Positions 1 to 13,520 of a stretch of 64,000 nt of DNA are shown piece after piece. Below the pieces are notes generated by a model. It had not been told where the DNA came from. It ran no database searches and saw only the letters and a list, made by a program, of their open reading frames with translations. Source of the stretch: Lama glama (lineage: Eukaryota); NCBI GenBank assembly GCA_028534125.1, contig CM052817.1, positions 6,822,001 through 6,886,000 of the forward strand. Reading direction: 5' to 3'. The translations under genes were made by a program, and so were the position numbers. Numbering within the stretch: the stretch's first letter is position 1; every line of letters begins with the position of its first letter.

Positions 1-199
1 GCGATGAGTATGGACAACACCATCACAAAATAACAACTAAATCCGGTCGAGTTCTGAAGTTTCATTATCTGGGTAACTTCATCATGTCCTTAAGCTTTTC
101 CTGACCTCCTGAGACCAATTTAGATGCCCTGCCTTCCTACATCTGTAGCATGGCGCATGTCCTAACACAGTACTTTCAACTCTGTAACATCATGCTTTC

Positions 200-315
200 A
201 TATACTCGTTTGCATCCCATGATGGACTTGGACACAGGAGTTGGGTGTGATGAATCTTTGCATCAGAATGTTTAATACATATTAGGTGCTCAATAAATGT
301 GTGTTGAGTAAAGAA
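200..315 (+). mobile_element. L2 LINE 3' end remnant
   Basis: taggtgctcaataaatgtgtgttgagtaaa resembles the L2 terminal motif. Confidence 0.55.
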
Positions 316-574
316 ACAACAAAATAAACACTCAATAAATAGCTGAATTGGAGATACTAGGACCCGATTTCAAATGGATTGTCTATTTGAAGGTCTCTAT
401 ACCACCTCAGTACCGGAAGCTATTGAAATCGGTGTTTTCTCATCTGATTATTCAGTGTTCCAATAAAATAAACCTGGAGCTGCAGAATTATATTCAAAGA
501 GGCTGCATGAGATAAAAACCAATATGCACAAACAACATTTTTTTTAAAAGCCTAAACCATAGAAAGAGAGAGAA

Positions 575-742
575 GTGACTGATCCCCATCGACATCATTG
601 GAGCATCTGGATTCAGCCACCACTGAGCCCGGGGTACCATTAGTTTTTATTTCATTTACATGGGGTAAAATTTTCCTTTGGGCTAAAACCAGCTTGAGCT
701 CTTTCTTCTCTGCCATTTACTACCGAAGGATCTTGATTAACA
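575..742 (+). mobile_element. Old MaLR LTR 3' part (MLT1J/K-like)
   Basis: gacatcattggagcatctggattcagcc...ccagcttgagct...tcttgattaaca resembles the MLT1J/K 3' end. Confidence 0.6.
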
Positions 743-1844
743 TGAAGAAATATCAAAGCTAGGACCCTGGCCAACAGTTGATTATTTTTCTTCTTCCAGA
801 GTTGAGCTTTGCACAGCACAGAACACACTATTTAATGAACTGTGGATACTCCTGGGATAAGGGAAACAGCAAGGGAGTCCCTGTACCTTGGGGTTCACTA
901 CCTGGCGGGGAATTCATCCCTGAGTGTGGCCATAATACAACAAACCAACGGCAGGAGACAGTGCTTCACAGACTTCAGTCACCAATATTTCTTCTTGGAG
1001 CTTATTTTGGACATAATCACCAGGCAACCTTACAATTACTTGCTTGTTAAATTTTTATGCCATTTTATTCATACAACATTTATGAATAATACATGCTATC
1101 ATTTATTGGGCATATGATATCATTTCTGTTGCATTAAAATAAATATGCATAAGTAGTGAAATAAAAATGGGGTCTATCCATGTGTCAACTAAAATCGTGT
1201 CACCTAAACCAATGATAGGCATCTGCAACTCACTGAAAAATTAATATCAAGGATGAACATAAAAGGCTCCATAGGAGTACACAGAGGAGTTGATGGAAAT
1301 CCACTGTGAGCATACTTGCAGAAGAGGGACGGGCAGTTTGCAGGAATGAATCTGAAGCTGTGATTCCTCTTAGGAAGCTACTGAAAATGCCTGTGAGAAC
1401 TGATCAGTGACTGTTCCAAATGGCGTTAGTGGGAATGGGTCTAGAAGGAGCGGATATGAGAGATATGTAAGGGCTAGAATGATCAAGATTTGGTGCCTGC
1501 TTAGAGCGAAATGAAGACACACCAAGAGTTTGGTTGATTAGGCTAACACTAACACTTGTGTGCCCTTCAGAAGGGCAGATCAGAAGGAAAGGAAAGCACA
1601 GGTATGAGTCAGCAGAGATTAAAAACTGTTTCTGGGGACAGAGCTTGGCTGACTTATGGTACAGCATGTGCGAAGCCTCATAGACAGTGCAGTCTGGATT
1701 TCTGAAAACATGACATACAAAACCTCAAATTCAATGGCAAGCACATTGTAATAAGGTCTTAACCACGCTATTAATTTTTCAAACACAAATTAAAATAAAG
1801 GGGCACTTTTTAAAACAACAATTTTTATTTTAAAATTCTCCAGT

Positions 1845-2300
1845 TCCACAAAAGTGAGAGGAGATGGGCATTCTCACAAATGTCTGCTAGGAGTTTACAC
1901 TGGTTGAGCCTTTCAGTAACGCATTTTGGAAAGTTATACCCAAGGCTGTATGGATGAACGTGTTTTTGACCTGCTGTATACACATCTAGGAATTTACTCT
2001 AAGGAAATTGCAAGCTACATATGGAGAATAAACATTGTTAAGGAATCATTTTATGATTTACAGTTATAAGCAATCAAAGTTTTCAAATTAATCAAAAAAG
2101 CAATTATGCCAACTATGGCACATTTCTCTAATGAAATAATATATAATATTAAATGGTGTGAGAAAAATATACACATGATTTAATAAATTAAAAGAAAATC
2201 CATGTTCTAGAACAGTGTAGCAATTAGGATCTCTGTCTTTATAAAAGATAAGTACATGTTTTCACCAAGATGTTAACAGAGTTTGTCTATGGGGGATAAA
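1845..2300 (+). mobile_element. Ancient L1 (L1ME-like) 3' region
   Basis: tttgacctgctgtatacacatctaggaatttactctaaggaaat and later L1ME 3' motifs. Confidence 0.6.
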
Positions 2301-3834
2301 CAATAACAGTGTTCCTGGTTTATAATAATAAAAATTATGAAAATAGAAAACAGATACATACATATCGAAAAGAACAAAGTGTTTCTGGAACTGGGTGGAG
2401 CCCGGTTCAGTATGTCTTCCACTGGATGAGACCAACTCCTATTCTCGGAGAGATCTCAGGACAACACGGCAGACCCGAAATCCTTTCTCCTTGTCTTGAA
2501 GGACAAGGCCTGGGCTAGGGGTTGTACTTCTGGCAATAATTAAATACAGAAAATGGGTTCTAAAAAAGTACTTATTTCCACTCTGTTTCATTTCTTAGCC
2601 TAGTTATCATCTTAATCCTAGATAACATGTAACAATAATAATATGATACTTGTTGATAATAATAATTCTGTAACAATTATACTATTAAAATTACTGTAAT
2701 TAAGCATTGTTTATTCTCATAATCCTTTTGATTTTAAAGCCCTCTATAGTTTATAAAGCACTGTCACAAGAACCATCTTATTAGTCCCCATAGGAATAAT
2801 GCAAATCACGTTTACCAGGACAACGTTTTAGATCCGCAAACTGAGAAGCGAATCACTTGCTCAAAGACATCTGCTAATACTTGGCACAGCATCGTCTGCC
2901 TCTGATTTTCGGACGTGGATTCTGGAGCTTCTCTTCTTATCAGCTGTGTGATCCCAGGAAAGTTCCTTAGCCTCTCTGGGTATAATAACACTTGCAGTGT
3001 TGTAGGTTTAATGTAAGGAATCAGAAACAGAGCAACATTAGGTAGAGATCTACTTTAAGTGCAGACACTTCTTATTAGAATTCTGCTGGATTTTGAGAGT
3101 AAGAGAACAGGTTTCCCTTCCCAACATCCTGCTGGATCAAGTCTTTGAACCCAGTGTTCCAGTCCTGAGCCAGACTGCCCTGCCCTTGGGAACCCCCGGC
3201 CATCCGGGGTCTCGGTGACTCTCCACGCTGAGCCGGCGTGTCCGTCTGCTGTAGAGCCCAGCACGCTGTTTCTTACTGGTTTGTTTGCCATTCCTTCTCC
3301 TCACTCCAGCAGAATTTGAATAGCTGGGTGGCTGGGATTTTGCCCCAACCTCGTCCCCCTACTGCTGAGAGGAACTGCAGGCTCCTGGTTACCGGTTCCT
3401 GCATGAGGCGCTGTTTCGTGGAGTGGATGCAGAGTGGCTGTATGTAGTTGGAGCCAGTAAAGTGACAATAACATGAAAGGGGCCCAGCCAGTCTAGGTAT
3501 TTCCCCTCAAAAATGCCTGAAGGGGTTACATACAGATATAGATAGAAAAATAGATGTTTACATTTAGATAATGTATTTATGTATTTGGAGATTTGGTAAA
3601 GAAAGAAAAGTACAAAGAAAACATTTGCTTTCCAACTGTCTAGATTTATCTTCTTCATTATCATACCTAACATTTATTGAGAAATTATATATAATATATA
3701 AGTATATCATAAAGTAATTTATAATATATAAATATATAATTATAAAGTTATATATATGCATATATGCTTATATGTGTATATATACACACACATATACACA
3801 CAGTCCTTGTTCTAAATATTTATGTATAATAAAT

Positions 3835-3925
3835 TATTTAATCCTTACCAATCTATGTTATAGGTTCCATTATTATTCCCATTTTACAGATGAAGAAACT
3901 GAAACACAGAGCAGGTAAATTTAGG
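3835..3925 (-). mobile_element. MIR SINE core
   Basis: attattcccattttacagatgaagaaactgaaacacagag is the MIR core (reverse strand). Confidence 0.85.
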
Positions 3926-4149
3926 TTGCTGAGCATTTAGGCCACACGGCATTCTGCTTTCTATATTGTGTGTGTGTATATGAAAAAAGCAATATAAACA
4001 TGGATTTTCTTACAAATTCATCCATTTATCTGTTTATTCAAAATTGCTTAAAGGAGCACCGTGTGCCAAACACCGTTTTAAGTGGCAGGGCTAGAGAGAA
4101 GAAATTAGAGAAACACAAGGTCGGGGCCTTTTTGCACAGAGAGGGGTGA

Positions 4150-4380
4150 GCAGAGTGGAGAGTCAGGCGATGGATCTGGAGTCTGTCTGTCCAAGTGCAA
4201 GTCTTGGCCGGGGTGCTTACTCGCTGTGGGATCTCCAGCAGTAACTGAGCTTCTGTGACTCAGTCTTTCTCATCTATATAATGGGGACAATGATGGCACC
4301 TACCTTAAAGAGCCATACTGAGTATTCAATGAGTAAACACGTTTGGAGTTCTTGAACAGAAAACCCAGGCACATGGTCAG
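4150..4380 (+). mobile_element. MIR SINE, near full length
   Basis: ctcagtctttctcatctatataatggggacaatgatggcacctacc core plus 3' ccaggcacatgg. Confidence 0.85.
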
Positions 4381-4604
4381 GGTTGCAGATGTGATTTTAC
4401 TTTCTAGAGGGAGAGACGATAAATTCTTACACAAATCAGTGTAACACTGATAAGTGCCATGGGGATAAATAAAATGAGGCAATACCACAGGCAACGCTTG
4501 GGCGGTTGGTTTAGATGGGTGCTCAGTGCAGGACTATTGAAAGGTTGACACTTGTGCCCCGATGTGAATGACAACAAAGAAAAACCATGCATACCAAGTA
4601 GGAA

Positions 4605-4746
4605 AAAAAGGCACTTTGTAGCTCTGTATGGTGACAGATGTTAACTGGACTTATTGTCAAGATTGTTTCACAGTATATACAAATATTGAATCATTATGTT
4701 GTGCATCTGAAATGAATGTAAAGTTCTATGTCAATTACACATCAAT
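4605..4746 (+). mobile_element. L1MA-type 3' terminus
   Basis: tggtgacagatgttaactggacttattgt...ctatgtcaattacacatcaat is an L1MA9-like 3' end. Confidence 0.8.
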
Positions 4747-4849
4747 CATTTTTTTTTTTAAATTTCTTTCACTGAAGACTTACCTGCAGACCTGGCTCTT
4801 TCCCCTTCCCCAGGGTTAATGACTGGTGTGAATTTGGTATAACTGGTGT

Positions 4850-5900
4850 GTGCCTTTAAAGTTCACTCTTCAAAATTTGATTATGCATTATTTCACAAGT
4901 ATGAAATCTTTACGAAGGAAAATATTATAAATATATGTGTGTGTCACCACCACTTAAGAAATCAAACTTTTTTTTTCCCCTCAAGAAGGTATAACCCCTG
5001 GGAAAAAAAACATGAGCTGTCACTTTCTATCTGTTTTTAAAATGATATATTGTTCAGGTTTACACTGTTTTAAACTTTAAATGTCACCCTGAATTTTACT
5101 CTATAGCTTGCCTTTTTCACTCAAAATTTTGTTTATAAGATAAATGCATTCGATGCATATAGATCTAATTAATTATTTTGCTGCTGTACAGTATTCCTTT
5201 TTGTGTCTATTGCACAGTTTTTGCTCTGTTTTAACACTGTGTATATTCAAGTTTATTATTACAAACAATATAGATACACAAGGGCATTCTTGCATACATC
5301 TCTGCTGACACACCAGGCAGTTTTTCTGGAAGGGAAATTGCTGGGTCATGGTATACTTGCATCTTAAACTTGTATAGATGTCACTGAATTGTTCTGCAAA
5401 GCAGTTGTGCCAACTTATACTCACACCACTGGTGCATGGTTGTTTCACAGCCTAAACTTGCAATTGTCAGACTTTGAAATGTTTTGCCAATTAAAGACGC
5501 ATAAAATGGTATCTCCTTGTGGGTTTTAAGCTTGCTTAAAAATTCCTAGATTTTTCCCAGATTACTAATGACATTAATCATCTCTGCTGTATTTTTTTTC
5601 TTTTTTTGGCTAATGTGTTTTCATTTTTCAGCACATATGTTTGTATCTTTGGCCATATTTTTTTTATTAGGGAGCTTGTTTTGTTTTTCTTACTGATTCC
5701 AGAAATTCTTTATAAAGGTTATACATGTAATAAGTAACTATTCCAGATCTTTTTTTCTCTCCACCATTTTTGTGAATGGAATATTTTCATCAAGTAAAGT
5801 AAGTTATTATAACTTGTATAATTAAATTTATCAGTCTTTTTCTTATATTTCATGTATTATAGTACTTATTTATGAAGTCTTACTCACATAGTAATATCAT
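4850..5900 (-). mobile_element. Ancient L1 (L1ME-like) 3' region
   Basis: gaaattgctgggtcatggtata...ccaacttatactcacaccact...aaatggtatctccttgtggg are antisense L1 motifs. Confidence 0.75.
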
Positions 5901-7021
5901 AATTTTTTGCAAAAGCTTGAAAAATTTTCCTTCATGAGAGCTAAGAAGATTTTTTTTTTAACTCACTCCCAAGGGCAAGTCATATGGCATTGAGGTGGAT
6001 TTTTTCCTCATCTCTGAATTCACTGAAGATGTGGCCCCATAACGTCCTTGTCTAATGCAGCATTTCTGTTCCAACTGCTCACTTTTTTGCAGGCTCCAGC
6101 CTTGCCTCTGTTCTTAGTCTATATTGCATTCAGTAGGAGCCTCCAAATTACCAGGATTGGACAATGACTTAGAACAGCAGCCAGCTTCCCTGACAATTCA
6201 TCACTCAGGGTTTGAACTTCCTACTCATTTTGAGCCCTAAGGATTTCCAGAATTTTCTTGCAATTTTGTTTATTTATTTAAATAGGTTTTAAAAATATTT
6301 TTCTCATAATTTTCATATATATATATATTTTAAGCAAGAAACTGTTCTTTTTTTTTCTTTTTAAAGATGTCTAGATCATCATTTTGTTAGGAACAGAAGT
6401 CTCTTGAATGATTTTTTTTTTTAACTTTTAACTATGTATGTGATATAAAATGTTTAGTTTACTTACTTACTTGTGTATTTAACTTTTAAAAATGCTTTTT
6501 CATTAAAAATAAATATTTAGGATCAATCTATCCATGAATGTAGTTTACTTCTTTAAGAAATATTACTTCATTATATTAAATTCATCCCCAAATGTGAAAT
6601 CTGGAAAACAAGAAAATCCTTTGGAAGGATGCAAACAAAAATATTAGAATAACATTTTTTCAGTGTCTCTATTCCTAGATCTATACACACCTACATTGAG
6701 GAATGTTTCCACGCTGTTGGAAAAACAAACATTGCTTCAGTGCATTTCTGGTGTTAATAACAAGCGCCTCACCCTCATTAAATCATCAGCCACGTTTTCT
6801 TATTTCCTTTTTTCATTTCACAGTCTTCTACTCCATGGCCCCAGGCCGTCCCAGGCTGGTCCTCGTCAAATTCTTTCCCCTAGCAGAGCAGATACAGCAC
6901 ATGTGCAGCAAGCATACTCTTGTGGCCTTTGACCCCAAATTTTACCCAAGCAGCTCATGCAAGGATGTTCTGGGTGTGGGTGCAAGATACCTACCTGTGT
7001 TATTATCATCACCAAAACTAA

Positions 7022-7190
7022 AGCTGAGCACCTACAATGTGTCAGATGACATACTGAGTAATTCACATTATAAGCAAAAAGGTTTTTAATTCCATTTTGT
7101 AGGTAAAAATCCCTGAATCTCTGCAAGGTCAGGGAGCCTCTCTCTACTACAAGGCACAGAGTCTGGGTTTGCATTCAGCCCTTTCTGATG
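7022..7190 (-). mobile_element. Degraded MIR
   Basis: tgagcacctacaatgtgtcag...ccattttgtaggtaaaaa...caaggtca...gcacagagtctgggttt. Confidence 0.55.
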
Positions 7191-7364
7191 TGTGATGTGG
7201 CTTTGCCCACCACGAGGAGCGGACCCACTGGGCCCAACTGCAGTATCCTAGTCAAGGACAGTATTTTCTCAATCATTCTGCCTGTGATTTCTGAGATATT
7301 TCGAAAGGACTGAGCAATTCTGCTTTGCTGGCTCATTCTTCATGGGTGATACGTTCAGAGCTGC

Positions 7365-7855
7365 GTGTGTTTCGCTGAGACTGCAGTAAAACTGCCCCCA
7401 AACTAGAGGTGTGAAACAATTGTCATCGTATCCATCTTACAATACCGTGGGCAGGATGGATGTCTCATCTGCTCTGAACTCTGCTGGACTCTCATGCATC
7501 GGTCGTCAGCTGTGAGACAAGCTGGTTTCTGGACTTGGGATGGTCTCACTGGTGTTTCTGGCAGCTGGTTGCCTGTCAGTGGGACGCCTTGGTTCTCCTC
7601 CAAGTGGCTCCCACAAGCTAGCTTGTGCTTTCATATGGCAACCTTAGGATTCCCAGAACAGCAAGCGGGCACGCCCTAATCACAAGAGCTTGTAAACTTC
7701 TGCCTGAGGCATTTGGCTAATAGCCTGTTTGCCCAAGCAAGAGACACGGCCAACTCCATTTCACAGGGTGGAAAAATACAGTCCACTCTGTCACATAACA
7801 AAGTGGGGTGGATACACACATGCGGAGATTTTGTAGCCATTTTGCAATCTATCAC
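7365..7855 (-). mobile_element. MaLR solo LTR (MLT1F/H-like)
   Basis: gccttggttctcctccaagtggctc...gcttgtgctttcatatggca...gcccaagcaagagacacggccaa matches antisense MLT1. Confidence 0.7.
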
Positions 7856-8414
7856 AGTTATGATGTGTTATTTTTATTTGCTATCTCCTGCATTCTGGAA
7901 ATAATGAAGTTGTGACAATCCTTTCGTGTGAACATGCCTCCTGCAAAAATTTGGAGATTGCTTTCTGCAAAATTTCTTCTGTGGGGGGGGGGTCACGAGA
8001 CCCCCTCCCTTTCAGTTAGAAAAAAAGAACACTTTCAGGGCTTGGTGCTGATGGGAAATCTCACCCGCATTATCCATAAACCATCTGTTTCCTGTGTCAC
8101 CTCCAATGTCCCACCTCTCCATTCTATCCCTTGCAGAACGTCACAACTGGGATCAGAATCTCTGCTGTCCATTTCACTGCGATCCTGTGGGTTTCCTGAC
8201 TTACACCCACATAGGTAGGTGCTGCCTTAATGCTGGGGTTAGTACCCTCTCCAGTTCTCTCGTAATAAAGTAATAACCTCTAAACAGGGTATCTAACTAA
8301 GTTACTCCCTTGATTATTTTTTTATATTAACTAAGATACTTTGTTGATTAACCTGGAATTCTGGTATATGTAACTCCTTATTATCCAGAATCTCACTCTT
8401 CCTTGCTGTAAGAA

Positions 8415-8445
8415 ACACACACAAACACACACACACATACACACA
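8415..8445. repeat. Imperfect (CA)n microsatellite
   Basis: Seen directly. Confidence 0.85.
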
Positions 8446-8958
8446 AAACATCTATTACATATCTTCTAAATGATGCCAGGAAATTGATACATATTTCATC
8501 CACTTACAAGGAAATTGCCTCTAAGAAGTTATTTATATGAATTGATTTAGAATCAAAGATAGCTGGTTTCAAATTCAGCGTTACCAATTAATGACTGAGA
8601 AAATCTATCTGAACTTAATGTATGTAATTTAAAAAACAATGCTAGGTTAATACGTACCTCAAATGTTACCATAAACATGAAATTCGATAATGTATGGAAG
8701 ATAACTTTGTAAGGTTGTGAATAAGAACATTTATGAAAGTCAGTGGGTTTCAGTGGGAAACTGCAAAGACCTGAGTTTATAATAAGCTCAGCCAATTTCT
8801 AGTTGGAGTGAAAGGGAAGAAAAAAGGTATGTGTCACTAATTGTTAACTCTAGGTTCAACTGTACAAACATTTTTGGGCACATACAGCTTGCCAGACCCT
8901 GGGACCACCAGTGCTATGGAAGTTGACTCTGAGATTAATGGAACTTTTACAAAGTTCC

Positions 8959-8960
<2 letters not shown>

Positions 8961-9012
<52 letters not shown>
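8961..9012. repeat. (TA)26 microsatellite at the tail of the adjacent L1 fragment
   Basis: Perfect TA run directly abutting the L1 poly(A) on the minus strand. Confidence 0.95.
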
Positions 9013-9016
<4 letters not shown>

Positions 9017-9207
9017 TTTTTTTATTGAGTTATAGTCATTTTACAATGTTGTGTCAAATTCCAGCATAAAGCACAATTTTTCAGTTATACACGAACATAC
9101 GTATATGCATTGTCACATTCTCTATCACTGTGAGCCACCACAAGATCCTGTATATATTTCCCTGTGCTACACAGTACAATCTTGTTTATCTATTCTACAT
9201 TTTGAAA
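9013..9207 (-). mobile_element. Young camelid-type L1 3' UTR terminal fragment (5'-truncated)
   Basis: tttattgagttatagtcattttacaatgttgtgtcaaattccag...cttgtttatctattctacattttgaaa; closely related copy at 50516-50728. Confidence 0.85.
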
Positions 9208-9965
9208 GTGATTTTTCAAATAAAATTAAACAACTGACTTTTAGTCTTTGTACTAGAGTATTTTCTTTCACATTTCTTCACAGTAAATCCCTAATTCTGC
9301 ATTCCTTTAAGACGAAATTGATCATGGGTCTGAAGTTGGACATGGAAATAGACATGTGTTTACGGTTAACACAAACCTCTCTTACCTCACAAACCAAAGT
9401 GGGTGGGTGGAAGAGGACCCCCTCACAGGCCTCCTGTATCACATTCTTTACATCAGTTTCTGATTGATCATTGGATTCAAGCCTATGAGGAAACGGAGAA
9501 TCCCCCCATCCATCTTTTAGATTTACCCAGCACAAGTCTTTTCTTGTTCATTAACCATTCATGAGTATTTCTTCAAAGGTACGTTGAATTATTCATACAC
9601 AAATAGATGTTCAGGAACTCTGTAACTGTGAATGTTTAGCACGGTCTGATAGTGAAATATGCTTTGGTAGTGTAAGAACTGAAGTTAAAAAATATCTCCT
9701 ACCTAAAAAAATGACTTGTGGAAGAAGTAAAAGGGTTTAGCTTCCTAGTAAACAACGTCAGAGTGAAGAAGAAATCGTTGTCTCAGTTTGAAGAATAGAA
9801 TATTTACTAATTCCCATGGTGGCTGATATATACGTACACATACGAATATACATATATATACATGTGCCCACATACATGTATACATTTATGTATATATTTG
9901 CATGAATTTTGACAAATTTGCCAGTTAATAGCTTCTGTGTGTGTTTTGTTAAAACAATCAAGCTT

Positions 9966-10246
9966 ATGGTAACCGGGGTGGGGGGGAGGGTTGGGGAGGG
10001 ATAAACTGGGAGTTCGAGATTTGCAGGTACTGCTATACACAAAATAGATAAACATCAAGGTCCTACTGCACAGCACAGGGAACTATATTCAATACCTTGC
10101 AGTAACCTATCATGAAAAAAATGTGAAAATGAATATATGTATGTACATATGTGACCAAAACATTATGTTGTACACATGAAATTGACACAACATTGTAAAC
10201 TGACTATAATTCAATTTAAAAAAAAGGAAAAAAACCCAACACAAAC
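9966..10246 (+). mobile_element. L1 3' UTR fragment with A-rich tail and probable TSD
   Basis: G-rich tract, gggataaactgggagttcgagatttgcag...gactataattcaatttaaaaaaaa; flanks aaacaatcaagctt (9952-9965) and aaacaataaagctt (10247-10260). Confidence 0.9.
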
Positions 10247-11680
10247 AAACAATAAAGCTTTTCTGATTATCAAAGCATCTTTATACTTTTATGAGGAGGC
10301 TGGAAACAAAGATGGTATATCTAGTAACAGCGAGAGAAAAAATTTTTGCCTATACGCACTACTCAAAAACTACTGCTCGCTTTTTTTTTTTGCCAAAAGC
10401 AGTCATTTAATAACTTCAATTAAACTTTCAATGAACTTCAACTGAGAGCCTTCCTGAAGGTTTTTTCCTAAAGGAGCCATACACAGTATCATATAGTAGC
10501 TTTTGTGGGTTTTTTTTTTTCCTTTTCTTTATTTTCTCTCTCTCTTTTTTCTTTTTTTGACTCTTTCCAGCAAAAGAGCAAATCAAGTGATTGGCATTCA
10601 GTGAAAGAGGAGCCATCTTACCTGTGCCAGGCAACTCCATTTCTCAACACAATTATTTCTGTAATTACTTTTTTTTTCTTAAAGAAGGGAACTTATATTC
10701 TCAGTAACAACAGTTGCATTGGAAAACTAATTATAGATCCTCATTCTTTCAGTAATTTAGGCTGTGAATTGTATTCATAAAGTTATTTTTTGCCAGAAAA
10801 AAAAAAAGTGCTTCTAGCTACACGCCTCATTTTCAGGGCAATAAATATAGAAAGATTGACCTCTAATTTCTCCCAGAATGCAATACATTTAGATGCTCTA
10901 AGGATTTGGACAGGATGCATTCTTATTAAAATTAAGAATTACATTCCTTAAAATTAGGAAACATAGTGAGGAATTTCACCAGCTACCTGGTGTTGGCACA
11001 AAACCTGGAAACAGCGAGGGAAAAATGAATGGCATTGAGGCCTCATTTGAGGAATGCCGTGCAACGTGCCGGGTCAGGTCTGCAGAGGGGTGACACACCT
11101 TCCCCTGGGATGGAGGCGCTGTGCCAGGACCTCTTCTGCTTTGTTAAGCATCTCCACTGACACTGTCTATAAACTGCAGGATTGTTCCTTTTGCAACATT
11201 TTTTTAAATAAATCTGTGTCACTACAGGCAAACTCTGTCCCTGTACCCTTCCATTTCTAAAATGTCCTTTGTCAAATTAGTCAATTTTTGTTGAATGAGA
11301 CGTGCTTTACTGAATTGAGCTTTCTGCCTCTATGACAGAATACAAGTTTTCTACAGTGATAAGCACTATGGGAGCAGAACATTTTATCAACAAACAAACA
11401 AAAGAAGAATGCTTTGAATTTTGTCAAACACAGTTAACTGTATGTGTTAATAAATTCTGAGCAAAACAGTGACTGTCTTCACAATCCAGGTGTTCCTTCT
11501 TTTAAGCATATACTGATGATATTTTGTGTATAAGCCAAAAAATGAGTCTTTTGATCAACTTATTAAAGAGAGATTTTATTCAATTTTACTAGAATGATTA
11601 TTGTGTGTGGATGCTGAAGAAACTGCTATGTATTGTCTTTAATGGTTCATGAATTTGATATATGTCTCATTTGGGGGGCA

Positions 11681-12015
11681 TTTTAAGACTTTGTTTAGAG
11701 CAGTTTTAGGTTTATGATAAAATTGAGAGAAAGGTACAGAAATTTCTAGTATTCTCCCTACCTCTATGTGTGCATGGTCTCCCCCATTCTCAACATCTCT
11801 CACCAGAGTGGTACATTTTTTTTACCAAGAATGAACCTATATTGACACATCATAGTTCACCCAAAGTCCATAGTTTTCCATAGGGTTCACTCGTGGTGGT
11901 GCACATTCTATGGGTTTTAACAAATGTGTAATGGCATATACCCCCCACTGTAATATCCTACAGAATATCTGCACTGCCTTAAAAGTCCTCTGTGCTCTGC
12001 TTGTTCACCTCTCTC
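11681..12015 (-). mobile_element. L1MC-type 3' end
   Basis: tttagagcagttttaggttt...cacccaaagtccatagtt...tagggttcactc is an antisense L1MC1-like terminus. Confidence 0.85.
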
Positions 12016-12814
12016 AGTGGGGCAAGTGCTAACGTTATCACCTCTCCATTAGACGGACTGCATCCAGGGTCTTCTGTCCAAGTTCCGGCCATTTTGCTTT
12101 CCAAGTGTTAAGACTCTACCCTAACCCCAACCCGGACACAAGGGCCTTGCTAATTCTGGACAGATGTTTCAGACCTGCTGGCAACCTGGACTTCTATGTA
12201 TCACTGATTATCCAGGTTAATATCATGACTGATAATCCATTTCCCACTTTCCAATAAATATTCCTCCTAGAAAACACACACATGAAAGAACTATTGAAAG
12301 TGTGTAACAGCGGATAACAGAAGCTACAGGCCAAATTCTGGGGGTGGGTGGGGTCATTTCTCACAATATCATCTGTGAAGATGTACAGAGGAGCAAATTC
12401 TTGGCTCTCTTCCAGATGCTCCCACCTTTGAACCAGAGCACAATAAAGAGCATGCTGGCAAGTCCAGCATCCCTGTGGTCCCTTCACCTGGGTCCTTCTT
12501 CAGGGGTTCTACTCTGTCAGTCCAGTCTGACTCAGGGTCACAGCCTGGAGGCTTTCAGGGACACTGTTAGCCTTTTATTCTTTTATTCCTGATCTTAGCA
12601 CTGTCTCAACTATTTTTTTAGATTTTATTTCCTTTGATACAACTGAGGAAAGATTCAATGTTGCCGAAAGGATACTGATCCTAAAGAAAAGCAATGAGAA
12701 AGAAAAACTCAGGATACCATGAGACACTCACCCTTAAAGACAGAGATACCTATCATTTCAAAGACACTTCCCAACCTCTCTTCCCCTGGATTTGTTACTT
12801 CTAAGGGGAAAGGA

Positions 12815-13257
12815 GTGTTTTAAATTGAGTTCACCCAGAAGTGACTCCAGACATGAGACGTGGAGTGAAAGAGTTTATTTGGGAGGTTGGGAGGTGACCC
12901 CAGAAAGCACTAGTAGAGAGAGGAGAGGTTAGGAAAGGTGGACGAGGAACCGCATAAAAGGTGTGCTCTCAAGCACAGGGGACCACCTGAGCTCAGCCTT
13001 GCCAGGGAGCCCCAGGATGCAGGACAGAACATACCACAGTGTCATCCTGCCTGGGGGCTGAGGACGATGGGCTTCTTGTCCTTCAATTCCCTTTTGTCAA
13101 TGACGGAGTGGCGCTGCCAGGGCCATAGCTTTCAGTATTCTGGTCTTAGGTGAAGGTATAAAAATCCCACAGGTAGAGAGTCCTAGGTGCCTGCTGGCAA
13201 GTACTGGAATGATAAATACCAAAGGGAGGTGGGCAGGGCACCAGTAGAACCTGTTAC
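12815..13257 (-). mobile_element. ERVL-class solo LTR (LTR33/LTR67B-like)
   Basis: cccagaagtgactccagacatgagacgtggagtgaaagagtttatttgggagg...ggcaccagtagaacctgttac. Confidence 0.65.
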
Positions 13258-13334
13258 GATGTGTTGCTTTGCAAACTCAACCAAAAGCTCAGTTCTGGCT
13301 GCCCAGCCGTTTTTGAGAAGCAATATGAGGGGAC

Positions 13335-13520
13335 AGAGAGACCAATAGTTTGAAATCATAGAGGAAAAACCTGAGTTTGAACCCTAGCTCTGCCCATAAA
13401 GAGCCATGTAACCCTGGGGAAATTATGTAAAGTTCCTGAACCTCAGTGACAAATAACAATAGTTATATCTTCACGCAACTTGAAGACTTCAAGGAAATAC
13501 TGAATGTAAAATGCCTGGCT
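13335..13520 (+). mobile_element. MIR SINE
   Basis: acctgagtttgaaccctagctctgcc...gtaaccctgggg...ctgaacctcagt. Confidence 0.7.

Noticed and set aside
8137..8214. 78-nt exon-like segment (ttgcag| ... TAG|gtaggt)
   Set aside because: The sequence and donor resemble an L2 3' end remnant (cacatagtaggtgct), and the peptides are unrecognisable.
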